This document shows, piece by piece, positions 27,062-39,837 of a stretch of 64,000 nucleotides of DNA (positions are counted from its first letter, which is position 1; the number at the start of each line of letters is the position of its first letter). A program made the translations under genes and the position numbers. Under the pieces are notes generated by a model that did no database searches, was not told the origin of the DNA, and saw nothing but the letters and a program-made list of their open reading frames with translations. The stretch is from Octopus vulgaris. Its lineage: Eukaryota. The stretch covers positions 39,866,001 through 39,930,000 of the forward strand of contig OX597833.1 of assembly GCA_951406725.2 (NCBI GenBank), in the 5' to 3' direction.

Positions 27062-27312
27062 ATAAAAGCACCATCCGAACGTGGTTGATGCCACCGGCGC
27101 CTTGACTGGCTTCCATGCCAGTGGCACGTAAAAAGTACCAACCGATTGTGGCTGTTGCCAGCCTCCTCTGGTCCCTGTGATTGGTGTTAGGAAGGGCATC
27201 CAGTTGTAGAAACACTGCCAGATCAGACTGGAGCCTAGTGCAGCTTCCTGGCTTCCCAGTCTCCGGTTGAACTGTCCAACCCATGCTAGCATGGAAAACA
27301 GACGTTAAACGG

Positions 27313-27343
<31 letters not shown>
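27062..27343 (+). mobile_element. RTE 3'-end copy
   Basis: AAAAGCACCATCCG...GTGGCACGTAAAAAG...CCAACCCATGCTAGCATGG...(TGA)n. Confidence 0.82.
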
Positions 27344-27378
<35 letters not shown>

Positions 27379-27931
27379 CCTATATAAACTATACATACAC
27401 ACAGACACACACACATATAACTTATACTTGCTTGCTTTTCAAGCAAAATGCAAATTGCTGACTAATGCACTTATATTAAAAGTGTGTTGAACTGTTACAG
27501 TTTGCATGCACACACAAGTACTCTATGCGTGTGCATGGTGCATACATACGCATGCACACACACACGCACACACACACGTACGTATATTCATACATACACA
27601 CATACATTCATTCATTCATTAAACGATGATGTTTGTTTACATTATGAAATATAACACCTCAAGAAAATATAAAATAAATCATTTTATAGGTGTATTTCAA
27701 AGTGAAAACAACTATAAATAGCAGTGTGTAATATATAAGGTAAAAAAAAAAAAAAAAGGCTGGAACATGGCCAACAGCTATCTACACCATTTGAACCATG
27801 AACTATGCATCCTCTATACCCATGGCACACATGCTAACTGCTTACACTAAAGTAACCTTCGGTCTGTCTTTCATCACATTAGATACTTCAGCCTTTTCTC
27901 TATCCAAGGGAGTTTTAACCCAATATATTAT

Positions 27932-27993
<62 letters not shown>

Positions 27994-28339
27994 AGTCATA
28001 TACACCATCAAAATGATATATTTTATATATATATGTATCAAAATTATATGTTTCATATTTTCTCAAAGCTTCTACATTTCAAAATGTAAATAGATTTATT
28101 TTCTCGCTTGTAAGAACAAATCACCCAGTTTGACAGAAGGGAGAGACCAAAGGTTAGTCTAGTGTATGTAAATGGTTAGCACATTTGTCATGGTACAGAA
28201 GATTCATGGCTTGAGTCCCACATGTAGCCTTCAGTCATTCTATTTTATCCAAGGGTTTTTTTTCTTAACTCAATATATTACATGTTATTATTTATAGTTG
28301 TATTAATTTCAAAATATGTTGTTCAAATGATATTGTCTT

Positions 28340-28608
28340 GCATGGCTGTGTGCTAAGAAGCTTGCATCCCAACCACATGGTTCTGGGTTCAGTCCCACTG
28401 CATGGCACATTGGGCAAGTGTCTTCTACTATAGCCTCAGGTTGATCAAAGCCTTGTGAGTGGATTTGATAGGCAGAAACTGAAAGAGATTGCTAGAAAAA
28501 GTACTAGGCTTTAGAAACAGGTCCTAGAGTCTATTTGTTCAACGAAAACCCTTCAAAGCAGTGCTCCAGTATGGCTGCAGCCAAATGACAGAAACAAGTA
28601 AAAAAATA
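28340..28608 (+). mobile_element. SINE family A, internally deleted
   Basis: Family A head and tail. Confidence 0.8.
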
Positions 28609-28661
28609 AAATAATATATCTGTCTATCTATTCTATGTATTTATCTTCCTTTATATATATA

Positions 28662-28704
<43 letters not shown>

Positions 28705-28822
28705 CAATCAAGGAACGGCCATAATAGGCCATTCACCCACTAGAAATAACAGCCAAAAGCTTTAACCGCAAAATAACGTCAATTCCGTAAACCAGGAGAA
28801 AATTGAAAAACATTGCCCTGTA

Positions 28823-28929
28823 ATTTCTTAGACGATGCACCGTTTCATCTTCTGTTTAATGGAAAACTAACCTGATTAAATTAAATCAAGCCAATCTACC
28901 ATAGGCCCTTAGATTCATCAGTAAGAAAT
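28823..28929 (-). ncRNA. Type I hammerhead ribozyme (copy 1)
   Basis: Exact reverse complement of the ribozyme at 29688-29794. Confidence 0.85.
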
Positions 28930-29687
28930 AGCCAAACCGGAACAGATATTTTTCACGAGGCATTCTCATTGCTACCTCGTCAATATCTGACCTAAAATTT
29001 TCAAATCGTCGCACTCGCGCCAAATTTATCGGCAGCAAATAAATATAAGCCGCCGATTCCATTACGGAATTAACCAGAAAATTCATAATTAATCAATATA
29101 GGGTGGCAAATAAAAATTTTGTAGAATTCTTTTGCCTCCAGCGGCCTAGTGGGAAAAAATTAAATAGTCATAAACCATTTTTAAGTTCAACATTAACAAT
29201 CAAGGAACGGCCATAATAGGCCATTCACCCACTAGAAATAACAGCCAAAAGCTTTAACCGCAAAATAACGTCAATTCCGTAAACCAGGAGAAAATTGAAA
29301 AACATTTACCCTGTAACGATGCACCGTTTCATCTTCTGTTTAATGGAAAACTAACCTGATTAAATTAAATCAAGCCAATCTACCATGGGTGAATGGCCTA
29401 CTATGGCCGTTCCTTGATTGTTAATGTTGAACTTAAAAATGGTTTATGACTATTTAATTTTTTCCCACTAGGCCGCTGGAGGCAAAAGAATTCTACAAAA
29501 TTTTTTTTTGCCACCCTATATTGATTAATTATGAATTTTCTGGTTAATTCCGTAATGGAATCGGCGGCTTATATTTATTTGCTGCCGATAAATTTGGCGC
29601 GAGTGCGACGATTTGAAAATTTTAGGTCAGATATTGACGAGGTAGCAATGAGAATGCCTCGTGAAAAATATCTGTTCCGGTTTGGCT

Positions 29688-29794
29688 ATTTCTTACTGAT
29701 GAATCTAAGGGCCTATGGTAGATTGGCTTGATTTAATTTAATCAGGTTAGTTTTCCATTAAACAGAAGATGAAACGGTGCATCGTCTAAGAAAT
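29688..29794 (+). ncRNA. Type I hammerhead ribozyme (copy 2); predicted cleavage after C29786
   Basis: Stem I AUUUCUUA/UAAGAAAU; core CUGAUGA (29696-29702); stem II AUCU...AGAU enclosing a long hairpin; GAAA (29771-29774); quasi-palindromic stem III CGGUGCAUCG; GUC triplet. Confidence 0.87.
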
Positions 29795-30164
29795 TACAGG
29801 GTAAATGTTTTTCAATTTTCTCCTGGTTTACGGAATTGACGTTATTTTGCGGTTAAAGCTTTTGGCTGTTATTTCTAGTGGGTGAATGGCCTATTATGGC
29901 CGTTCCTTGATTGTTAATGTTGAACTTAAAAATGGTTTATGACTATTTAATTTTTTCCCACTAGGCCGCTGGAGGCAAAAGAATTCTACAAAATTTTTTT
30001 TGCCACCCTATATTGATTAATTATATATATATATATATATAAGAAATAATTAAGATTCAGTTGAATTAGTTTTTTCAAAGTGGGTAGGGGATATCAAATG
30101 GTCAGAAGGCCATATTCTATTCATACGTTGGAATTTATGGCTGAGTGTTTGATGAGCATTTATC

Positions 30165-30440
30165 ATCATCATTGTCATTGTTACTATAATCTTCCTTTAA
30201 TGTCCACTTTCCACATTGGCATGGGTAGGAAGGTTTAACAGGAAACTGGTGAGCTGCAGGGCTGCATTGAGCTCCAGTGTCATCTTTGGTATGGTTCCAA
30301 TGGCTGGATGCCCTTCCTGATGCCAACCACTTTACTAGCTGTAGTCAGCGCATTTTTTCATGGCACTGTCACTGTACAGAGTGTACTGCATGCTTTTTGT
30401 TTTTCCATGCCTCCAGCATTAGTGAGGTTGTCATGTAACC
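30165..30440 (-). mobile_element. RTE 3'-end copy
   Basis: GGCATGGG...GGCTGGATGCCCTTCCTGATGCCAACCAC, reverse of the family tail. Confidence 0.7.
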
Positions 30441-30614
30441 TGCATGACAGAAAAGAACAGTCGAAGGAAAGGAAGGAAAAACTTCCATTATTAATAAGTA
30501 TTTTGTAGGGAAAGTGGAGATGAGTGGCTGTACATTAGGTGTTGAAAGGCTAAAGTAAAGGGTTAAGCACAGGTGTCTTGCTGCAGAGGAGATATATGGC
30601 TGTAGGAGATAAGA

Positions 30615-30772
30615 GGCCAAAAGTTTGGAACATAGGTCTGAAAATTAGAATTTTTATATTAAATGCCCAAAGTTGTACTTAATTTGCAATATATTATTAG
30701 TACTTACAGTAATATAGTGGGTATAGCAATTTTGATTTTTTTTTAAACATTCCAAACTTTTGGCCACGACTG
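30615..30772. mobile_element. Tc1-type MITE remnant
   Basis: GGCCAAAAGTTTGGAA / TTCCAAACTTTTGGCCACGACTG|TA inverted termini; left end truncated. Confidence 0.68.
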
Positions 30773-31501
30773 TAGTGATGGGGAGCTAAAGCAAACTGTT
30801 GAGGAACAATGGAGAAGGTGAGAATTAGAGAGGATGAGGATAGTGGTTCATGAGTGGGGTGAGAGAGTAGATGCTTTCATTAGAGTGCGAGGAGGGAATA
30901 AACAGGTGGGTATAGTGGTTAGTGTAGTGAGTGATGAACACGGGCTGGGGGTGGGATGCAGATGATGGGAAATACCAGTATGCAGAGGAGTGAGATGGGA
31001 GATATAGGAATGGCTCAGGAACAGAAAATAGTGGGTTGATGTGCAAGGTGTAGGAGCAATGAAGAGGGAGGCATAGGGGAACATGATGACTGATATGGGA
31101 ATGCATTGAGAATGATAACAGATAAGAGAGGTAGTTCAGAGGTGGGGGACACCGTTTAGGAGGGTACAGGATGTAATATGTGTGATATTGCTTGTAGGGG
31201 AGTACAGCAGCCATGAAGTACCATAGATGTGATGTAGGGGAATGCTTGATATGTCAGGGAGAGAGAAGTTGGGACATGGCCTCACATGTATAAGCATATT
31301 TAAGTGGTTTTTTGGATATTTTTGCTGTAATATCTAATAATAAACAACACTGTAAGCTCCAAAGCAAGTCAACCATTCAAATTGACTGAGATTTTGAGTG
31401 TCACCAGGACCATGTAAGAACATATCCGTTCTTAAGAAATTGATAAGAAATACTTGAATCTGTAAGTGATGTATGGGAAATAGATTATACCTTTTCGTTT
31501 A

Positions 31502-32692
31502 CAGGGTTTCCCAAAATTAAGGCAACTGAAGTTTCAGGCTTTAATAATTATCAATGAATGTGATAAGATATGAAAATTATACATAATTTTAAGTTTAGTA
31601 TGTCTTCTTTTCATTTTAGACTAAATAAATTCAGATTTATAAATTAGATAATGGCTATAGGCCAAAATGTAATCATAACCCCAACAAAGGAGACAAAAGT
31701 AATACAGCCATAGCAAAAATGCTTAAAATTAACAAAACAACAGTCTGGAAGTGTGCAGACCCCTCAGCTTATCAAAAGTACCAGAGAAAAGATACAGTGA
31801 AATCCTCATTGTTCCATCAGAAAACTGGCTGTCATAGCAAAAAAGCCGAACATAAATGTATTAAGTGCTGAAGGGGGATCTCAGGACCCACCCCTACAAA
31901 ATAATCTGCTATCATGAGCTCACACAAGTTTATAAGGCCATGAAACTGGAGAGAAGTCATCTTATTGTGTATCAGATTGCTGAAGACATGCTTCCCAACT
32001 CGATATTCACTGATGAGAAGAAATTTGACATTGAACAAAATGGCGAACTTTGGACTGTATCTAGCTTTGGCAAGGGTAGACTCATAAATCGATGTCAAAA
32101 TCCACAGTCAGTTATAGTTTGGACAGCTGTGACGGCCACTGGAAGGTCTCCCCTCATTTTTGTGCCCTCAAATGTTAAAATTAACACCCAGCAACATTCT
32201 GGAAGCTGAATTGTTTCCATGGGCGAATGAACACTTTCAAACACACTTTGGAGCCACCAACATGACTCTGCACCAACACACAGCTCTAAACAGACACAAC
32301 ACTGGATTCAGAAAAAACATTACGTCATTCATAGGCAATGAGGTATAGCCCTCAAGAAGCCCCAATCTCAACCCATTGGACTGTTCTGTTTAGTCCATTT
32401 TGGAGACAAAGGACTCAAGCACTCCTCGTGCTTTGTTCAACACACTGAAGGTAAAAATGTGCCAGAAATGGGCTTCGATTCTGCAAGAAGAGTTGCATGC
32501 CATGTGTGGAGTATTCGCACCTAGGCTTAAGGCTGTGATTCGAAAGAGAGGTGGTCATATTGAATAAATGTGGTAGTGTCATAATTGTGTTTCCTTTACT
32601 GTTGCATTGCAATGCTTGGACCTGAAATATATCAATATTTTGCTTTGGCAAAATTGAAAAAAAGTTGGTTGCCCTAATTTTGGGACACCCTG
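31502..32692 (+). mobile_element. Decayed maT (DD37D) transposon with both TIRs
   Basis: TA|CAGGGTTTCCCAAAATTAAGGCAAC ... GTTGCCCTAATTTTGGGACACCCTG|TA. Motifs IFTDEKKF, VWTAVTATGRSPL, QHDSAPTH, PSRSPNLNPLD; 37 residues between second and third Asp after correcting one +1 frameshift. Confidence 0.88.
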
Positions 32693-32706
32693 TATACACA
32701 CATATT

Positions 32707-33246
32707 TATATATATAAAACTGAGAATGTGTGTCTGTCTGTGTGCATCACTAAAACTCGAGAACCACCCAACCAATTTCATTCAAATTTTACACCAGCCT
32801 TACATATTCTATCAGTGTCTTTTGCTGAACTGCTAAATTATGGGAACTTAAACAAAGCAAAATTGGTTGTCAAGCAATGGTGGGAGTACAAACACAGACA
32901 CAAGCACAGACACACACACACATACACACACACAAATATATACACATATATATGACAATCTTCTTTGAGTTTCTGTGTACGAAATCCACTTACAAGACTT
33001 TGGTCAGCCTGAGGCTATAATATAGATATATATATAAATATATGTATATATATATATATAACTTAGCGGTTAGGCAAAAGACACTGATAGAATAAGTACT
33101 AGGCTTACAAAGAATAAATCCTGTGTTTGGCTTGTTCAACTAAAGGCGATGCTCCAGCATGGCTGCAGTCACATGACTAAAACAAGTAAAACAATAAAAA
33201 ACTATGCCATTTTAATCCCAAGTGAGGCCAAGTATCTCTGCTACTA
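32707..33246 (+). mobile_element. Probable non-autonomous Helitron with nested SINE A (~32810-33195)
   Basis: 5' TATATATAAAACTGAGAATG(TGTC)-type start; degenerate 3' hairpin followed by CTGCTACT. Confidence 0.45.
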
Positions 33247-33384
33247 TACTATCCAACATTCACTTACAAGGGAGTATACAGAATTCAGTGTTTTACCCTT
33301 TTCTTTATATCTATGACTGAAGTTTGTTGCCTGTTTATATCTTTTATCTTTTACTTGTTTCACTCTTTAGACTATAACTGTGCT

Positions 33385-33686
33385 GTTGTTTGTTTCTTCT
33401 TGAGCCATACCTGGCTCATAAGGGCTGGTTTCCTGGTTTCCTTGGCGTAGAGGTTCCCCACCTGGACGCCGGTCCGTTGCAGGTGAGCTGCAAGATACAG
33501 GAGGAAAGAGTGAGAGAAAGTTGTGGCAAAAGAGTCAGCAGAAGTTCGCCTTTACCTTCTGTCAGAGCCGCATGGAGCTTAGGTGTTTTGCTCGTAAACA
33601 CACACATCGCCCGGTCTGAGATTCAAACCTGCGATCCCTCGACCGCGAGTCTGCTGCTCTAACCACTAGGCCATGTGCCTCCACAC
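33385..33686 (-). mobile_element. tRNA-derived SINE
   Basis: Minus head GGAGGCACATGGCCTAGTGGTTAGAGCAGCAGACTCGCGGTCGAGGGATCGCAGGTTTGAATCTC (A/B boxes; TCG at the anticodon position). Confidence 0.78.
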
Positions 33687-34132
33687 ACCCGTGCTGGGGC
33701 ACCATGTTCATACATATACACACTCATCCATACAAATCGTACCTGTGGAAATTTTATTATTTTGAAAACTATTTAAAAATTTTAAAGTATAGAGAGAACT
33801 ATGCATTATATAATTGTTTTCGATATTGCATTATGCTTGAAGTATTTGATTTCTTGGCGAATGTAAAAGTCCACACAAGTAGCATTTAATGTACAGTCTT
33901 AAGAGATAACATTTCTGGAAGCTATTGTCCTTGTTATACACTTATCGCCTTTTCTAAGTTGAGAGTTGTCTATTAATTTTCACTTTACATCAAGAAGTAA
34001 AGAATTTATATAGTATATTTATAATATAATATTTATGTTATATATACACATATAATGTATAGCCTCCGTTTTCTTCATTAATGTATTGATATAAAAATAA
34101 ATACATACACACACATGCACACACACACATAC

Positions 34133-34163
<31 letters not shown>

Positions 34164-34230
34164 CATACATACATACATACATACATACATACATACATAC
34201 ATACATACATACATACATACATACATACAT

Positions 34231-35842
34231 CTTGTGGATGATCTCAAGATTTATGCTAAAAAGTTTAACATTGCCAAGAAACAACAGGAGTAATAATAAC
34301 GTTTTCAGCTGATATAGGAATGGAATTTGGCCAGAAGAAATGTTCTTGTCTGATTATTGAATGGGGAAAATCAGTCTCCCAGACATAAACCCTGTGCATC
34401 AATAGTCTCACTATCTCTCCTGTCCCACACAAAGAATGCTACAAGTACCTAGGCATTGATGAAAATATATTATACCAAGGTATTGTGAATAAAGATAGAG
34501 TAACCCATCAATATTACACCAGACTAAGAAAAATATGGCAGTCTGAACTCTCCTCTTACATGACAATATCTCACTGCATTTGCAGTACCAGTGCTGATTC
34601 TAACATTTGGGACCTTTGACTAGTTTGTAGAAAAAATCCATTCCATAAATATAGAAGCCTACTAAATTCTAACATCAACTGGAAATCGCCACAGAAATAG
34701 TGATATCAGCAGATTCTACATAAGAAGAGATAATGGAAGTAGAGGCAAATGTTGTATGATCTCTTTCAGACAGCACTTGCCAAACAACAGCAGCAAAAAT
34801 AGATACATTAATTTAATACTAGAAAGTAAAGAAAACAATGTCCTACATGTTGGGAGTGAGCATCTCATGAAGCACTCTTTCCCTGATGACCTTCCATACA
34901 ACCCCAAATCAACAGGACCTCAAAGACCTGGAGGTGAAATGTTCAGCATGCCAAAAAGAGACTGTGCATGGGTATATTTCCCAAGAACTTGAAGAAGATA
35001 ATAACAGTGACATGAAGTGAAGCTTCTCTTAGACACATAAGTACTGCATCACATCACACATCCAAAGCTATGCATTTGCAATCCAAAAACAAGAGGCTGC
35101 TACAAAATACTTGATCAACAAAAGAGACAGTGAAGTCTTTGGAATTCCAAGATGCAACTAAAAATGTAAATTATATCATATTTCTGTGGAAGACATCACA
35201 CATGTGGTTAACAGCTGCCCCAAAATGTCATCAAGATACTACCTCCCTATGGGACATGTCATTGTTGCAAAAACGATATACCAAGCCATTTGGTAAAAAG
35301 AGTGTCCTGGAATAAATATAAAGAATCCACTTGTTATTGAATGCATACACAAATATCAGCCCAATGAATGCTGGTGGAACATTCCTATTATAATATGTCA
35401 AATGTAAGCATAACAGACCAGATAATGTTATTTGGGATAGACAAGAAAAGGTACTGTCATAGCAGTCAGCTGTCCTGTTGACGTGAATATTTTGAAAATC
35501 AAAGAGAAAGAACATAACTATGGAGAACTGCATTGAAACTTTCAGCTTCTATATCCAGATTAGAAATTTACATTTACACCAATAATAATTGGAGCACTTG
35601 GTTTTGTAAGTAAAATGCCTGACAGTCAGTCTGGATAAGCTTGGATTATTTAAAAAAGTGATCAACGCATAACAAATTCAGTCTGTAAGCGGAACAGTAA
35701 AATTATGCAAGACTTTTCTGAGGTTTAAAATGTGACATTGTTTTCATTATCTACATCCCAATGATGAGGCTTTGTTTCTTTGTTAGAAACCAGCTTCTTC
35801 TTCAGAGGAAGAATTAAAATGATTATAAACAGAAGAGAAAGA
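34231..35842 (+). pseudogene. 5'-truncated R4/Dong-like LINE (RT, zinc knuckle, RLE), decayed
   Basis: Fragments VDDLKIYAK, DIGMEFGQKKC, YKYLGIDEN, RLRKIWQSELS, EDITHVVNSCPKMS, KCKHNRPD, PIIIGALG. (TACA)n on both sides. Confidence 0.87.
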
Positions 35843-36275
35843 CACATACATACATACATACATACATACATACATACATACATACATACATACATACATA
35901 CATACATACATACGTACGTACGTACATACATACATACAAGTACATATATATCTTTTAGTTTTTACTTGTTTCAGTCATTAGACTATGGTCATACTGGGGC
36001 ACTGCCTTGAAATGTTAGTCAAATGTATAGACACTAAGTTACAGGGATGTAAACACACCAACACTGGGCATCAAGTGGTTGTAGGGGGTGACAAACACAG
36101 ATCAAATCCACTCACAAGGATTCGGTTGGCCTGAGGCTATGGTAGAAGACACTTACCCATGAGGTTGGGAAAATACACAGCTTAGCTAGACAGATAAACA
36201 GACAGACACTCACACAAACAGACAGGCAGGCAGACAGACAAACAGGCAGGCAGACAGACAGACAGGCAGGCAGAC

Positions 36276-36354
<79 letters not shown>

Positions 36355-36900
36355 CATCATCCTTATCAATATTATTATCACCATGTGACATCCATCTTCC
36401 TTGCTGGCATAGATTGGATGGTTTGACAGAACCTGAGAAATTTGAGGACTGCATTATACCCCAATAACTATTTTAGCATAGTTTCTATGTCAGAATGGCC
36501 TTCCTTATGTCAGCTGCTTTACAGAATGTACTAAGTGCTTATTTCATGGCACCAGCACTGGTGAGGTTACCATGGAACTTGCAAAACTAAGATTTCTTTC
36601 AATTGACTTTATGCAAGAATATAAGGAGTTATATATAAGAATATAATGTATGAAAGAAAAGACTTCAATAGATTGATTTTCTTGTAATTCAGGAGGTATT
36701 ACATGGCTACTAACATTATCATATGTATGGTGGGATTTCATACAGTTTCTATCTACCTGATTCACTCGCAATGCATGAGTTGGTCCAGAGCTATAGTTGA
36801 CATATGCCCAAGGTGCCACACAGCAGGTTTGACCTTGAAATCATATTCTTGCAAAATGTTTTTTAATCCTACAACAATACCTGCACCTGTACACACACAC

Positions 36901-36936
<36 letters not shown>

Positions 36937-36958
36937 GCACACAAACACACACACACTC

Positions 36959-37079
<121 letters not shown>

Positions 37080-37129
37080 CAGAGACAGGCAGATTAGATA
37101 GATATATATATACATACATATATATACAT

Positions 37130-37470
37130 GGTTCTGGGTTCAGTCCCATTGTGTGTGACATCTTGGGCAAGTGTCCTCTACTATAGCCTCAGGCTGACCA
37201 AAACCTTGTGAGTGAATTTGGTAGATGGAAACTGAAAGAAGCCTACTGTATATATATTTGTGTGTGTGTCTGTGTGCCTGTGTTTGTCGCCCCACCATCA
37301 CTTGATAATCGATATTGATGTGTCTACATCACTGCTACTTAGCAGTTTGACAGAAGAGACCAACAGAATAAGTACAAGGCTTACAAAGAATAAGTCCTGG
37401 GATGGATTTGTTCGACTAAAGGCAGTGCTCCAGCATGACCACAGTCAAATGATTGAGATAAGTAAAAAAA
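37130..37470 (+). mobile_element. SINE family A
   Basis: Family A body and tail. Confidence 0.82.
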
Positions 37471-37533
37471 TATAATAATATTATACACATATATATATAC
37501 ATATATGCATGTTATATATTTATATATATTATA

Positions 37534-37569
<36 letters not shown>

Positions 37570-38044
37570 TGTATGTATGTATGTATGTATGTATATATAT
37601 ATGCATATATCTGTATATATCACATGTGTATATATAGATAGATGGATAGATAGATAGATAGATAGCTATAATTAGATAGATATGCATATGTATGTGTTTT
37701 TGCGTACAAACATACACACACATATATATATATGTTGATGAATGCATATATGTGTGTATGCATGTGTATATCAGTAAATGCACTAAAAAGTTATACTTTA
37801 AAAATGCTTTTAAAATATTTAAATAAATGATATTATAAAACCAAGTGATTAATTGGATTTTTTTTTCTTTGCATGTGTAATCATTTTTAAATCACCAAAT
37901 TATATTGTGAACAACAAACTAAGAAAAGTACGAAAACAAAAACAGAAAAGAAAAAACATTTCAAATAGTAAAATGTATTATTTTTTTAATATTGAAAGTG
38001 AAAAATTTTGATTATTACTTAATATTAATGTTTTACTGCTTGTT

Positions 38045-38201
38045 TGATTATTGTTGTTGTTGGTAGTGGTGTTGGTGGTGATGGTGGCGGCAGCAGCGGT
38101 GGTGGTGGTGGTGGTGGTGGTTGCAGCAGAGGCAGGGGCGATAGTGGCAGTGGCACTGGCAGCAGCGGCAGTGATGGCAGCGGTGGTGGTGGTCGTCGTC
38201 G

Positions 38202-38233
<32 letters not shown>

Positions 38234-38796
38234 GTCGTCGTCGTGGGAAGGATCGTGGTAGTGGTGGCGGTGGTGGTGGTTGTGGTGGCGGTGGTGGTGG
38301 TGGTGGTGGTGGTTGTGGCAATGGTATTGTTGGTGGATGTTGGTGGTGTGTTTGTGGTTAATTTTGTTTCCAGTGTTATTTTCTGCATTATTGTTAGGTA
38401 ATATTTTCCCCTCTTTCTGACTTATTATTTTCTGGAAAATATAGAAATTGGCATCACCATCATTATCTTCATCACTATCATCATCATTATTATCATCATC
38501 AGCATCATCCTTGCATCATAATCATCACTATCAATACATCATCATCACCACTGCCACCACCACAAACACCGCCACTGTCACCACCATCATCATCATCACC
38601 ATCACCACAACGAACCTCAGCACAAACACCACCATCATCTTCAGCATCATCATCATCACCATCATCATCATAATCTTCTTTCCCATCATCATCATCATCA
38701 TCACCATCATCATCCTCATCATCATCAACACTGCCATCATTGTTGTCATCATCATCATCACCTTCACACACCCTCACCCTGCATAAATTAACACTC

Positions 38797-38832
<36 letters not shown>

Positions 38833-38955
38833 CTGTTGTTATCATCAGCTAAACAATTGTAAGCATCAAATTATCATCATAAACATTAATGTAACCATAT
38901 GGCTCTTTGCTGTTGATAATCACTATGAGCACTATTATCATTTTTACTGTTGTTG

Positions 38956-39020
<65 letters not shown>

Positions 39021-39042
39021 GTTATTATTTTTATTATCATTT

Positions 39043-39074
<32 letters not shown>

Positions 39075-39087
39075 ATTATCATCATCA

Positions 39088-39134
<47 letters not shown>

Positions 39135-39171
39135 TTTATTATCATTATCATTATTATTATAATTATTGTTA

Positions 39172-39214
<43 letters not shown>

Positions 39215-39252
39215 CATTATTACTATCACTACAATTATCATTATCATCATTG

Positions 39253-39318
<66 letters not shown>

Positions 39319-39384
39319 CCACCACCATCATCGTCGTCGTCGTTGTCATCATCAGCAGCAGCAGCATTATCATCATCACCATAA

Positions 39385-39427
<43 letters not shown>

Positions 39428-39460
39428 CATTATTACCATTATCATCATCAATAATATAAT
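38045..39460. repeat. Long compound trinucleotide tract: (GGT)/(CGT), (CAT)/(CAC), (TTA)
   Basis: Seen directly. Confidence 0.92.
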
Positions 39461-39706
39461 TATTTATCTTCATGCTAATAAATTTTATTCAAGATTTATT
39501 CAGTATCTCTCTCTCTCTCTCTCTCTCCCTCCCTCCCTCCCCCTCCCTCTCTCCTTCCATTTTATATTACAGCTTTTACAACATTCCATGTTTTATTGTT
39601 GTTCTCTTTTCAAATTTGGAATTTTAATGAATTTAGAGATTATTCACATTTAATCTTCTGTTTGCCAAAACTAAGCTAAACTAATAACAACAACAATTAT
39701 ATTCTT

Positions 39707-39793
<87 letters not shown>

Positions 39794-39794
39794 T

Positions 39795-39837
<43 letters not shown>

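Larger units (their letters stand above)
28700..30024. mobile_element. Retrozyme-like element: ~492-bp hammerhead-bearing unit, tandem plus inverted, within (TA)n
   Basis: Unit start TTAACAATCAAGG at 28701 and 29193. Orientation flips at 29386. The inverted arm repeats with period 493 (29421/29914). Copies are nearly identical. Confidence 0.82.

Noticed and set aside
28886-29731. Identical 66-aa ORFs on both strands
   Set aside because: Identity follows from the inverted duplication. No recognisable domain, and the ORF overlaps the ribozyme. Coding is not excluded but is unsupported.
30780-31290. Purine-rich block, possibly a decayed LINE on the minus strand
   Set aside because: No diagnostic motif could be read with confidence.
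33610-33686. tRNA-Arg-like gene
   Set aside because: Continues into a SINE body and lacks a proper acceptor stem; treated as a SINE head.
38025-39653. Many homopolymeric ORFs
   Set aside because: Translations of trinucleotide repeats.
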